Positions 40,016 through 48,858 of a stretch of DNA of 64,000 nt are shown here, one piece after another (position 1 is the stretch's first letter; each line of letters begins with the position of its first letter). This stretch comes from a virus, in IMG/VR virus record IMGVR_UViG_3300037247_000655, positions 101,527 through 165,526 of that record; one strand, given 5' to 3'. The notes beneath the pieces were generated by a model. It saw only the letters and a program-made list of their open reading frames with translations, was not told where the DNA came from and searched no databases. A program made the position numbers and the translations under genes.

Positions 40016-40372
40016 CTACTCCTTTTCGTTTGTGGCAATAATCGCATTATCCATATGAATATCATCCTCATAATCTACATCTGTCACCAAACTGGGGTCT
40101 ATATCCGTATCTTCTACGTTTCTTCCGTATTGTATGTCCCCACAATCACTAAGAACGTGGCCGAGTTTGCGGACAATACTAGCGCCCTTCCTCTTGTCGC
40201 TTGTGGTCTTGAGTTGGTTTGCGGTCGCTCCGATTATTCCCTTTTGTATGCTTACAATAGTCTCTCCAGTACATGTGTTTACACTGATAATCTCAAAAGC
40301 CGGATCGTTCCGAATTGCTTCTTCTACCTCATTAGCTTGTGCTGATTGATCTGTCTGGTTCTGCATCATCAT
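40016..40372 (-). CDS. Hypothetical protein
   Basis: AGGAG RBS; follows promoter motif. Confidence 0.6.
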   Translation of the reverse strand: MMMQNQTDQSAQANEVEEAIRNDPAFEIISVNTCTGETIVSIQKGIIGATANQLKTTSDKRKGASIVRKLGHVLSDCGDIQYGRNVEDTDIDPSLVTDVDYEDDIHMDNAIIATNEKE

Positions 40373-40432
40373 TACTCCTGTTCTCTGTTAGATATTGGTG
40401 GAGGTTATACGCAACCTCCCTCTGTGTCTTCA

Positions 40433-40461
40433 ATTATACGATGAAACATCCTGCTTGTTCT
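40433..40461 (-). promoter_or_regulatory. Putative promoter AGAAC-N16-CGTATAAT (copy 4)
   Basis: Same spacing as the other three copies. Confidence 0.6.
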
Positions 40462-40681
40462 ATTTATTTTCGTGTTTCAAGATATTGTTTTTGTTTTTTG
40501 AACGATAAACTCTAAACTGTCTACGGGAAAATCACCAAGACTACCGTCTGTCCAGCGTACTGATACGACTGGGTCTCCCGTCTCATAACAGACGTGGAGT
40601 ATCTGCCCGTTGCCGTGATCGGGATGTTCTACTGTCACATTTATCATAATAAGTATGTTCTCCCAAAAGAGACACAGTAAA

Positions 40682-40909
40682 CTAGGTTTGTTTCCTAGTC
40701 ACTGTTGCAGTTGTTATACCGAATTGTGTTCGTGTCCAATATATTTCATGGATATAATACATTATCAGTTTAATTACTATATCTATTGGTCCTATGATTA
40801 GTCCCATACTAAGATCTCCAGTTACTATTATAGTAAGTGATACAGTTGCCGCAGTAGATACGATCCTCCACGTTGCAGCTTTGGCTAAATATCTTCGTTT
40901 TAGAACCAT
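40682..40909 (-). CDS. DUF2061 membrane protein
   Basis: KAATWRIVS..YYIHEIYW. Confidence 0.8.
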   Translation of the reverse strand: MVLKRRYLAKAATWRIVSTAATVSLTIIVTGDLSMGLIIGPIDIVIKLIMYYIHEIYWTRTQFGITTATVTRKQT

Positions 40910-40953
40910 GATCTTATCCTTAGTGTGTATAAATAACCAGAAGGAGGTATGTT

Positions 40954-41163
40954 ATGGTTAAGGTATTGGTCGTATCGTTGTTCGTCATGTTTATTTCTTT
41001 CGGTTGCGCTATAAAGACTACCGGGAAGGGTAGTTGGGAAATATACTATGGAGTACGGACTGAACAGGATGGAGAAACTCCGTCCACAGTATCGATTGAA
41101 TCAAGCATTGTCGATAAAATTGTTGACTCATTGACAGACGGAGAAGTTTCGGAAGAAGAATGA
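40954..41163 (+). CDS. Small lipoprotein (rare plus-strand gene)
   Basis: AAGGAGG RBS, upstream GTGTGTATAAATA, SFGC lipobox. Confidence 0.7.
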   Translation: MVKVLVVSLFVMFISFGCAIKTTGKGSWEIYYGVRTEQDGETPSTVSIESSIVDKIVDSLTDGEVSEEE

Positions 41164-41220
41164 AGAGCAATCATCAGGATTCTATGGTGGACAGCAAAAT
41201 GGTACACCAATGTTCCTAGT

Positions 41221-41682
41221 CTATGGGATCTGTTCTAATAATTCTTGCGCTATAGTATCTATACGCCCACATACTTTCACACCTTTTAAACGAAAGTCGT
41301 GGCTATTGACATACGAAGCCGCTATTTCTAAAACAATTCCCATAGCATCATCACCAGCTACCACCATCTCTTGTCTGTCTTGCCATTCACCTTCCCCGAC
41401 ACCAGGTGCCCCATCTTTACGCCTAGTTTGATATCTAATCCTGTATGATGTCACTTTCTGATTTTCCTTTAGATATTACAGCCGTTCAGACATCTGGGTC
41501 ACATTTTTAATGAGTATGGTTTCTGTAAGGTGTACTTGCTTGAATTCTCCCGTCACTCGGTCCTTTTTCGTCCCAGCGAAGTATTGGATCCGAACACTAT
41601 TGGCATTCAAGTCGAGGACTTTACATGGGGAATAAATAGCTTCTTTGGTGGCCAGAATAATCATACTTCCTGTTGCAATCAT
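41221..41682 (-). other. Two small hypothetical CDSs (41221-41454, 41476-41682)
   Basis: Packed ORFs with RBS. Confidence 0.5.
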
Positions 41683-41957
41683 TTTTCTTCTCCATTTTCA
41701 CTAATAAGTTGATCTCTTTCACGCCTGGTTGCTTCTAAATCAAATATCAAATACAGAACGACGAGACGCGATGCGTCTATTGATTCTCTTAGTCTCGATA
41801 CGACAGAAATCAGCTCTCCTTGTGGCATATCTCCCATTGATATCATATCTAAAACATCCAATGAAATTCCAAGATCCCCCTGCAGGTCTAATAACACACC
41901 ATCTATCGACGCATCTCGTTGATTATTCATATGGTTTATTCTCCCATAATTTATCAA
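41679..41957 (-). CDS. Small coiled-coil protein with YLIFDLEATRRE motif
   Basis: Resembles a conserved planctomycete protein family (from recall). Confidence 0.6.
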   Translation of the reverse strand: MINYGRINHMNNQRDASIDGVLLDLQGDLGISLDVLDMISMGDMPQGELISVVSRLRESIDASRLVVLYLIFDLEATRRERDQLISENGEEK

Positions 41958-42492
41958 ACTCTTCTTTTGTATACCCGGGGTTTATCGAGCTTACATACTT
42001 CTTGTATTCATATTTCCTTGGACATAAAAACTCAGAGTCATCAATAGATTCATAAGGTGATTTTAAAGCCCATGTAAAATCAGGAAACGGTGAACAACCA
42101 CACTTGCGAGAGGATGTGAAAAGAACTATCCGTCCAGTGCCTCCACAGTCTTTACAGTTTTTGTTTGGCATTACTCATTTCCTTATCTTTTTCCAAGCTC
42201 GCGATATTAGAGACCAGATAAACATAAATAGCCAACCGCCCGACAGCACAACTGCTGTACAAAGACACACCGCGATTGGGACGGTAATAAGGAGCACTAC
42301 TGGACCCCATAAAGGTGCGGCAATCCACCACCACGACCATCCAACTACCACTGTTTCTATTACACCAACCTTCAAAATGAACAATATTAAAAAGAATATA
42401 CCAAGGAAACCAATCCTACTTCTGTCAAAGGTGATCTTATTCTCATTATCAGACATACACTTGCTCCTCAGTAAATGACGTATCCACATCAC
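41923..42492 (-). other. Two small CDSs: Zn-finger protein 41923-42171 and membrane protein 42175-42492
   Basis: CKDCGGTG; LFILK..WSWWWIAAPLW. Confidence 0.55.
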
Positions 42493-43249
42493 CGTCCCTA
42501 GAAAGAGACATCTGAACTGTCTCCATACATAGTCTACAGTTCATTCCTGCTTTCAGTTGTTCGGATCTCCAATTGTATACATATTCCTGCGCTTCTTCCC
42601 ATGTTGTTTCATTGAAGTGTCGCCAAGGAAAATAACCAAATGGGCATTTACATATCATACCATTTTCTGTAATGGTCATGTTACACATGTCTTCGCATCT
42701 AGATACTGTGTTTTTATAGCCTCCAAGATTATTATCCCATGCCCTTCCTACCGGAACTATGTCGTTGACACTCGAATCACCTGGTTCTATTATGGGGATA
42801 CCCATATTATTATCTTTTAATAAAGATATAGCCTTGTGGCTGGGTTTGTCGTGCCAACTATCTTGAGATACAGCAACCTCTATTCTTGGGCACGATGCTG
42901 CTTGTATTTGTCTCATTGCGTCAAAGAATGTATCTGTACCTCTACCACCCCAAAATCCATTTGTTACCAACCTAATCCTACCCCTGCCTGTAGATAATGC
43001 AACAAGCATTTCTGGGTAGTTTTCTAAAATAGTAATTTCACCACCCATGATATTGAGGTTGATTTTTTTTGGTACCCAAGCGTTAAGTTCTTCACACGCA
43101 CTAGTAGACATCTGACCAATCATACTAGGGCCAGATCTAAAACAACAATGTCTACACTGTTGATCGCACTTGTTGGTGACCCTAACGACACAAGCCGTTG
43201 CAGCATTAGCCCTTTTCCATATTCCAGGCCATTTATCATGATTATCCAT
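42449..43249 (-). CDS. Radical SAM protein
   Basis: CDQQCRHC, MGGE, TNGFW, VGRA, C-terminal Cys. Confidence 0.85.
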   Translation of the reverse strand: MDNHDKWPGIWKRANAATACVVRVTNKCDQQCRHCCFRSGPSMIGQMSTSACEELNAWVPKKINLNIMGGEITILENYPEMLVALSTGRGRIRLVTNGFWGGRGTDTFFDAMRQIQAASCPRIEVAVSQDSWHDKPSHKAISLLKDNNMGIPIIEPGDSSVNDIVPVGRAWDNNLGGYKNTVSRCEDMCNMTITENGMICKCPFGYFPWRHFNETTWEEAQEYVYNWRSEQLKAGMNCRLCMETVQMSLSRDGDVDTSFTEEQVYV

Positions 43250-44375
43250 TACTGTTTACCTCATGAACCATAACGTCGTCTCCATCTCCGTCTATGACCA
43301 TGCCCCTTAATACCCCACCATCGCAGATACCACCATCTAGACAATAAGCTGAGTTGACAGGATGTGGATCTTCGCAAATAATGTGGCCACCGATTATATT
43401 ATATGTGTCGTCAAGTGTTTCCCACCACAACACACCATTATTGTCGTCATAAAAATCTGATCCACGTAGGTATCGTGAGTACAAACACGTTTCTACGTGC
43501 TGACTATAGATGGACTTGCCACCATCAATCCCTGCGTGTACAACATAAGTCGGTTTAATACCTATGTCACCAATACGAATCATTTGAGGCAAATACTGGA
43601 ACCACGCTGCCCATTCGGTCTTATCTAAATCAGCGCATTGTTCTATGGTGCAATCTAGACCATTGACTATCTTTACTGGGTTTCCAATCAGATGTCGACG
43701 ATATTTGTTGTCGTGATTACCTTCAACCGAGTAGGCACCAGGCGTATCTCTGAACCACTGTAGTGTTTCCCTTATCCTGGGGCCACGATCAACAAGGTCT
43801 CCTGTTGCTACCACGATGTCTCCTGCTCTATACTCACATTTAGCAAGAAGGGACATAAATTCGTTAAAATACCCATGGATATCCCCCACAACAATCACCC
43901 GCTCGCCTTGGCATATATTTCTAAGATCCAATAAATTGGCTGTACGTTTGCTGCATATATGAAGAATCTCGTCATATTCATCACAACTAGGTGGTTCAAA
44001 CTGATCGAAATACACATTAAGTATCTTATTGTGATCTGCATCTACAGAAATAGTTGGGTGGTTTTTTCTGGTTGCAAGACGCTCAAGACATGTACGTCTA
44101 TTTATGTCGAATAACACAAAAATCACACTATACCCTGATTGCCTAGCTGGTTTTGTATACCTATCTCTTTGAGCCCTGTTGAGATTCATTCTATCGACTA
44201 CTATGGATATCCTAGACTTAATAGATGTCTGAAATATACGGTGATGATGCTTCCCTTGTTCGTCTTGCGACAATCTCATTATGGGCCTGCCTGGTTGTCT
44301 CATGAGTGTGTTTGTTGCCCAATAAGTCTTGCCTGATCCCTGTGGTCCTATTAGTATATAGATTGTCTTACTCAT
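43242..44375 (-). CDS. Polynucleotide kinase-phosphatase-like (P-loop kinase + metallophosphatase, no ligase domain)
   Basis: GPQGSGKT, DRMN..R; GDIHG, GDLVDRG, GNHD, HAG. Confidence 0.85.
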   Translation of the reverse strand: MSKTIYILIGPQGSGKTYWATNTLMRQPGRPIMRLSQDEQGKHHHRIFQTSIKSRISIVVDRMNLNRAQRDRYTKPARQSGYSVIFVLFDINRRTCLERLATRKNHPTISVDADHNKILNVYFDQFEPPSCDEYDEILHICSKRTANLLDLRNICQGERVIVVGDIHGYFNEFMSLLAKCEYRAGDIVVATGDLVDRGPRIRETLQWFRDTPGAYSVEGNHDNKYRRHLIGNPVKIVNGLDCTIEQCADLDKTEWAAWFQYLPQMIRIGDIGIKPTYVVHAGIDGGKSIYSQHVETCLYSRYLRGSDFYDDNNGVLWWETLDDTYNIIGGHIICEDPHPVNSAYCLDGGICDGGVLRGMVIDGDGDDVMVHEVNSNG

Positions 44376-44891
44376 TTGTTTTATCTTCTATATTAAAGGA
44401 ATCTCCAAGAACGACATAATGATCGCCCGAATCAGTAGTAATGATCCAGTCTCCCGGATACATTAGAACTCTACCAGCAACAGTAGCGGCGAAACAATTG
44501 TTCGTTTGTGGATCAATGTAGGTGCCATTAATTAGCGGAACATTATAACCTAACCATTGTTCAATTTTAACGACGCCTGGTCCATCCCTTCCGAAAGTGG
44601 ATTCATATCCTGGCTTACATTTGATTGTATTTCTCATTGTTTGTCTTTCTTTTCTCCTGCTGCGGCTTCTAATCCTACGTGAACGTCTCCCCAAGGTGCG
44701 TTTCTTTTAGCTCTTTCCGCTATGGTTGCCTTTGCTAATGCGACTGTTGCGAAGCCGAATTTTGTGTCGTAGACTAGGCTAGTCGGATAATCCGGTTTAG
44801 CGTACCACCGGTCATCCCGTTGGCCACGCATTGTGCCGCTCACCCCTCGACTGATCGTGTATCCATGGTACTTGCAAGTACTTTCACGCAC
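44368..44891 (-). other. Two small hypothetical CDSs (44368-44637, 44634-44891)
   Basis: Coupled ORFs; PGDWII motif in the first. Confidence 0.5.
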
Positions 44892-44915
44892 TGGTCACCT
44901 AGCTTTCTATTTTAC

Positions 44916-44988
44916 TGGGCCTGTCTGGATTTGAACCAGAAACCCCTCCGTTATGAGCGGAGCGCTCTGCCAATTGAGCTACAAGCCC
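44916..44988 (-). tRNA. tRNA with CAT anticodon, probably tRNA-Ile2 (lysidine); no encoded CCA
   Basis: GGGCTTG acceptor as in tRNA-Ile, CTCCG-CTCATAA-CGGAG anticodon arm, GGTTCAAATCC T-arm. Confidence 0.85.
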
Positions 44989-44990
44989 TG

Positions 44991-45020
44991 CTTCGTTCAC
45001 ATTCGTTCACATTCGTTCCC
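44991..45020. repeat. Three tandem near-identical 10-mers (ATTCGTTCAC)
   Basis: cttcgttcac attcgttcac attcgttccc, in the tRNA 5' leader. Confidence 0.8.
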
Positions 45021-45219
45021 TGGCACCTTATCCCCACGTCTTATGAATCACGAACTCCATGGAGTTCTACGAACTCTTCCTTAGCAGATTCTATTTTAAC
45101 TCTTTTGCCACACTCAATGTACGACTCTGCCGCTTTTGCAGACGAAAAGAGTCTTTTGAATTCTTTGACTGGCTTTCCAGTTATATCTAGTGTTTTTCTC
45201 ATCACTACCCATGCTTCCA

Positions 45220-45891
45220 TTATTGTGCTCCCATCTCGTTTGTCAATAGATTAAGGTCTATCTCCTTATCTATGTCGCATCCACGCAACCATTGGGCGAA
45301 TTGCGCCACCATAAGTCCCGCTGCAATATTTGCGCAGTAGATGGTAGTTTTTGCTGTACACCTATCCTGAAATGCTTCTGCCGATGAGAACAGCGTTGTC
45401 TCATAGTGTTTCCTAGACGACTCATCATAGGCCGTGAACACTCTCATGTATTCAGCACTCATCCTCCCGTCTACGAACAGATCTGCCCTCCCCTTAACTC
45501 TGTTGAATATAGATGTTTTAGTTTCTATCCCGTCCGCACAGCAAAATAAAACACCCCCGGTAAACTGGCTAGACTTGAACTTACTACATGCAGTGGTTAC
45601 CTCAATTCCTGAATTGATAAGTCGACATATATCCGCCACGGCGTCTACCTTTGGTTTAGCTAGGTCTGTTTCATAAAAACCCTGTGCTGCTAAGTTCTCC
45701 ACAGCCACCGTGTCAAAATCTATCACACTCAACTTCGGGACACCAATTGCTGCTAACTGTAACGCTACTTGACGACCAATTGCCCCAACACCAACGACAG
45801 TAGCTCTTGTTTCTGCTAATTTGTCTGGTGGTACCAACTCCTGTTGACGTACGTCTCTTCCCGATATCATTGTGCTCATGGTAGTCTCCAT
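45220..45891 (-). CDS. ThiF/E1-like Ubl-activating enzyme
   Basis: RQQ, GVGAIG, DFDTV..ENL..Q, KV, DGRM, candidate catalytic Cys in DRCTAK. Confidence 0.9.
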   Translation of the reverse strand: METTMSTMISGRDVRQQELVPPDKLAETRATVVGVGAIGRQVALQLAAIGVPKLSVIDFDTVAVENLAAQGFYETDLAKPKVDAVADICRLINSGIEVTTACSKFKSSQFTGGVLFCCADGIETKTSIFNRVKGRADLFVDGRMSAEYMRVFTAYDESSRKHYETTLFSSAEAFQDRCTAKTTIYCANIAAGLMVAQFAQWLRGCDIDKEIDLNLLTNEMGAQ

Positions 45892-45909
45892 AATAGATTA
45901 GGAATTCCT

Positions 45910-46743
45910 TTAGTCATCCATAACTAACTCTCGCTCATTTGCGTACTTAGTAGCCCATGCTTTGATCTGCTCAATTAATGGTTCGTTCGGATTAGGTATT
46001 ACCTCTAATAAATCTTCGTCTTCTGTCCACCATTCATCTGCTGTTGGATTGTATACATACCAGACTGCTTCCTCTTCGTCCCAGTGTGATGCGTTACCAT
46101 CAGAGTTCCAGTAGCATTCAATGTCTTTACACAAAAGATCTTTCCACAGAGGATCTTCCATGTCTTGGGTAACACTGGGAGACATCGTCTTTGTTATTAT
46201 TTGAAATTCCTCAACGACTACCTTTGTGTTATATTCTTCCTCCCACGCCTTGGCGTTCGATGAGCCAAACGGGACACTCCAGTCTACCGTTACTTTAAGT
46301 AGTTTTTCTACTCCCGGAGCCGTATTCATCTTGAGACGGCAATATGTAGAACCGTCTTTAGCAATGATTAACATAATTGCCCAGTTAGGATGAGAGAATG
46401 CTTCCTTAAAGTTCTCCTCATCGTTCGCGCTAGGATGTGGCGAATTGCCCGGGTGGGAATGAATCAAAAGATTCATACATGCCCATGGTGGCACACCTAT
46501 GTCCATCATTCGTTCTGTGTGTTCCGCATTGTCCTCTGGGTCTAGTTCGAAATGGATAGGATTACATTTTTGTTTTACTAGAACGAAATCGGTGACTAGC
46601 AAAGGATCTTTTGTTGCAGTTATGCCGTATCCCGCTACTTCAGTGGGACCCAAGTCTCTCATACACAACAATTTTGAGTAGGCATATGCTGTAAATCTCA
46701 GTGTATCACCAAACGTTACCTTTGGTTTTGTGAATTCTTCCAT
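45910..46743 (-). CDS. JAB/MPN+ (JAMM) metallo-isopeptidase
   Basis: TEVAGYG (Glu) and HSHPGNSPHPSAND (HxH-x7-S-x2-D); acidic Trp-rich tail. Confidence 0.9.
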   Translation of the reverse strand: MEEFTKPKVTFGDTLRFTAYAYSKLLCMRDLGPTEVAGYGITATKDPLLVTDFVLVKQKCNPIHFELDPEDNAEHTERMMDIGVPPWACMNLLIHSHPGNSPHPSANDEENFKEAFSHPNWAIMLIIAKDGSTYCRLKMNTAPGVEKLLKVTVDWSVPFGSSNAKAWEEEYNTKVVVEEFQIITKTMSPSVTQDMEDPLWKDLLCKDIECYWNSDGNASHWDEEEAVWYVYNPTADEWWTEDEDLLEVIPNPNEPLIEQIKAWATKYANERELVMDD

Positions 46744-46758
46744 TTTTATCCCTTTCGG

Positions 46759-48090
46759 TTAATCATCAATCTTGGCTAAGATACAATTATGCTTCTTAGA
46801 ACAAGACGTGCAAGTAGATGTTCCGCAGTGTTCACATATGTTCCTATAACAAGAATCACACACTAGCTTGTTGCATTCTTCACAATCGTTTGTACATCCC
46901 TCACAAATACCCGCAGAGCATTGGGTGCATTTCTCAGTTATACAATCTTCACAGAAAACATCCATACAACCACCACATTCTGTCTTGCAACCGTCGCAGA
47001 TATAATCTCCACAATTGGTGCACGGAGTAGAACATGATTCGCAATGGTCTGTCTGACATGTTAGACATAGGCTCGTGCACGATGAGCATACTGTATTTTT
47101 ACATTCTGGACACGTTGTTAAACACCCCTCGCAATATGTCGAGTCACATTCCTCACATGTTTTAGAACAATCCCCACAGAACATCTCGTTACATCCTACG
47201 CAACCTGCTCCATTGAAGCAACTTTCACAGAACACGTCTCTACAGTTATTGCAAGTATATATCAGACTATCATCTAGAGAATCAGAGCAGACTATACAGG
47301 CGTGTTCACTATCTGGATCGTACCATTCATTAAGGTGGTAATACGGTGAGTCTCCGTTGTATGTTCTAAGAATTGACTCAACAATTGTAAGGTAATCCTC
47401 AAGTCTACCTTCACACAAAGCTGCGTTCATTATGTCGCCGCCGTCGCCACAGCAAAGTCTTTCGTTTTTTACGTGTGGATGGTAGCCACCACCGCCAGAC
47501 TCTATTTTGTTGACGGATTCTATCCAGAGGCTTTTGAACGGTTCGGTTATGTTAAGGTGAATCCAAAAGGAACCTAGTTCGACTTCTTCTTCAGACTCAC
47601 TTAATATAACATCTTTTACAAGAACAGACAGTATGTTATCACGGAATTTTACTTCTTCCCATGCGGCCACAATGGCATACATTTCTTCCATTGCTACTTT
47701 GTGGGACAAAGGTGTAATCTTATCATCTATCAGATATTGGAGTGTAGTAGAATTGTAACCAATCGCCGCGATAAGATCTCTTTCAACTTCTTTCGCTAAG
47801 ACCTTGATTATATTATCATGTGTGTGATGAGGGATGAGCCCAAAATGCCGTGGTTTCGTGGTGTCCCACGGGAATTTCTGGACTTTCAGGTCATTCGCAG
47901 ACACAAAAAGTCTAACCAACCTACTTAGTTCATTGGCTTTGTTAACAACTTTTCGAACGTTTCCAATTGTTTGTGGTACGAATTCCTGTCTACCTTTGAT
48001 TGCTTCTTGGATCATCCAGTTTCTATATTTCGAGGCTGCACGACGAACAAGTTTATCGTTCATCTTGCCTGGTTGTTTTTTCGCGATCAT
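46759..48090 (-). CDS. E2-like Ubl-conjugating protein with C-terminal array of 21 CxxC motifs
   Basis: YHPHVKNERLCCG matches the E2 HPN..LC motif; YN.DSPY; start revised to MIAK downstream of the terminator. Confidence 0.75.
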   Translation of the reverse strand: MIAKKQPGKMNDKLVRRAASKYRNWMIQEAIKGRQEFVPQTIGNVRKVVNKANELSRLVRLFVSANDLKVQKFPWDTTKPRHFGLIPHHTHDNIIKVLAKEVERDLIAAIGYNSTTLQYLIDDKITPLSHKVAMEEMYAIVAAWEEVKFRDNILSVLVKDVILSESEEEVELGSFWIHLNITEPFKSLWIESVNKIESGGGGYHPHVKNERLCCGDGGDIMNAALCEGRLEDYLTIVESILRTYNGDSPYYHLNEWYDPDSEHACIVCSDSLDDSLIYTCNNCRDVFCESCFNGAGCVGCNEMFCGDCSKTCEECDSTYCEGCLTTCPECKNTVCSSCTSLCLTCQTDHCESCSTPCTNCGDYICDGCKTECGGCMDVFCEDCITEKCTQCSAGICEGCTNDCEECNKLVCDSCYRNICEHCGTSTCTSCSKKHNCILAKIDD

Positions 48091-48112
48091 AGTAGATGTT
48101 CCTGTCAAATTC

Positions 48113-48145
48113 AAAAAGGGGTGGAGGAAAGATTTCCCCCACCCC
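48113..48145 (-). terminator. Intrinsic terminator inside the Ubl operon
   Basis: GGGGTGGGGGAAA-TC-TTTCCTCCACCCC-TTTTT. Confidence 0.8.
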
Positions 48146-48164
48146 ATTAGAGCCACAATCCAGA

Positions 48165-48410
48165 CTACTTCACCCCCAACAACTTACTCCGAACCTGTTT
48201 AGCTTCGTCTGCCGGAAGCTTGGCTATCAGGTCTACTACAGACTTTGGTAGCTTATTCTTCGCTTCCTTCCTATTCAACTTATATGCCAGAGCAACAACA
48301 TCGTCTGTTTGACTAGCTACCAAGTTTTCAGCCATAGCGATAGCCTCATCGCTCATCCTGGATCGAAGCGACTGAATCTGCTCTTCATTAGTTCCTGGCC
48401 CTCGTGCCAT
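48165..48410 (-). CDS. Small Lys-rich helical protein (81 aa) between Ubl and E2
   Basis: AAGGAG RBS before MARGPG (start revised). Confidence 0.7.
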   Translation of the reverse strand: MARGPGTNEEQIQSLRSRMSDEAIAMAENLVASQTDDVVALAYKLNRKEAKNKLPKSVVDLIAKLPADEAKQVRSKLLGVK

Positions 48411-48517
48411 CTTAATTCTCCTTTGCGGGGCTACACGCCCAATCCTCTGTTCCAATAGACGACTCCACATAGAGCCACCGACCCGTGAATCAAAACTATA
48501 CCATAGGTTCAACCAAC

Positions 48518-48775
48518 CTAATGCATAGCTTGAATAGTTACAGTGTCACTGCCATCAACCTTAAGGGGTGCCAATGATATGCGGTCTCCATCCTGAAGGA
48601 TATAGTCCATATGGGCCTCAACCGATGTCCCATTGGCCCTGACACGAATCTTAAACTCTTCTATGTCTCCCTCGAATGCAACCCTCAAGAAATCTTCCAG
48701 CCGAGTGTCGTCTGCAACATCTACCTGCTGAGGTAATCCTGCCCCGTCGTTGGTGATTAGTGTGACATTGATCAT
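48518..48775 (-). CDS. Ubiquitin-like (beta-grasp, MoaD/ThiS-type) protein with C-terminal extension
   Basis: IRV..NG..DYILQDGDRISLAPLKVDG followed by SDTVTIQAMH; AGGAG RBS. Confidence 0.85.
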   Translation of the reverse strand: MINVTLITNDGAGLPQQVDVADDTRLEDFLRVAFEGDIEEFKIRVRANGTSVEAHMDYILQDGDRISLAPLKVDGSDTVTIQAMH

Positions 48776-48791
48776 TGTGATTCTCCTAAAA

Positions 48792-48834
48792 GAGGCGATA
48801 ATCGCCTCGTGCCATAGGGCGAACTATTCACCCT
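48792..48834 (-). promoter_or_regulatory. Two tandem hairpins immediately upstream of the Ubl RBS
   Basis: AGGGTGAA-TAG-TTCGCCCT and GAGGCGAT-T-ATCGCCTC followed by TTTT. Confidence 0.55.
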
Positions 48835-48858
48835 TTTCCAATCATTTTGAACTGACAA

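Noticed and set aside
45220-48775. ThiF + MoaD/ThiS read as cofactor biosynthesis
   Set aside because: There is no thiG, moaE or sulfurtransferase, and the E2-like and JAB genes lie between them, which favours protein conjugation.
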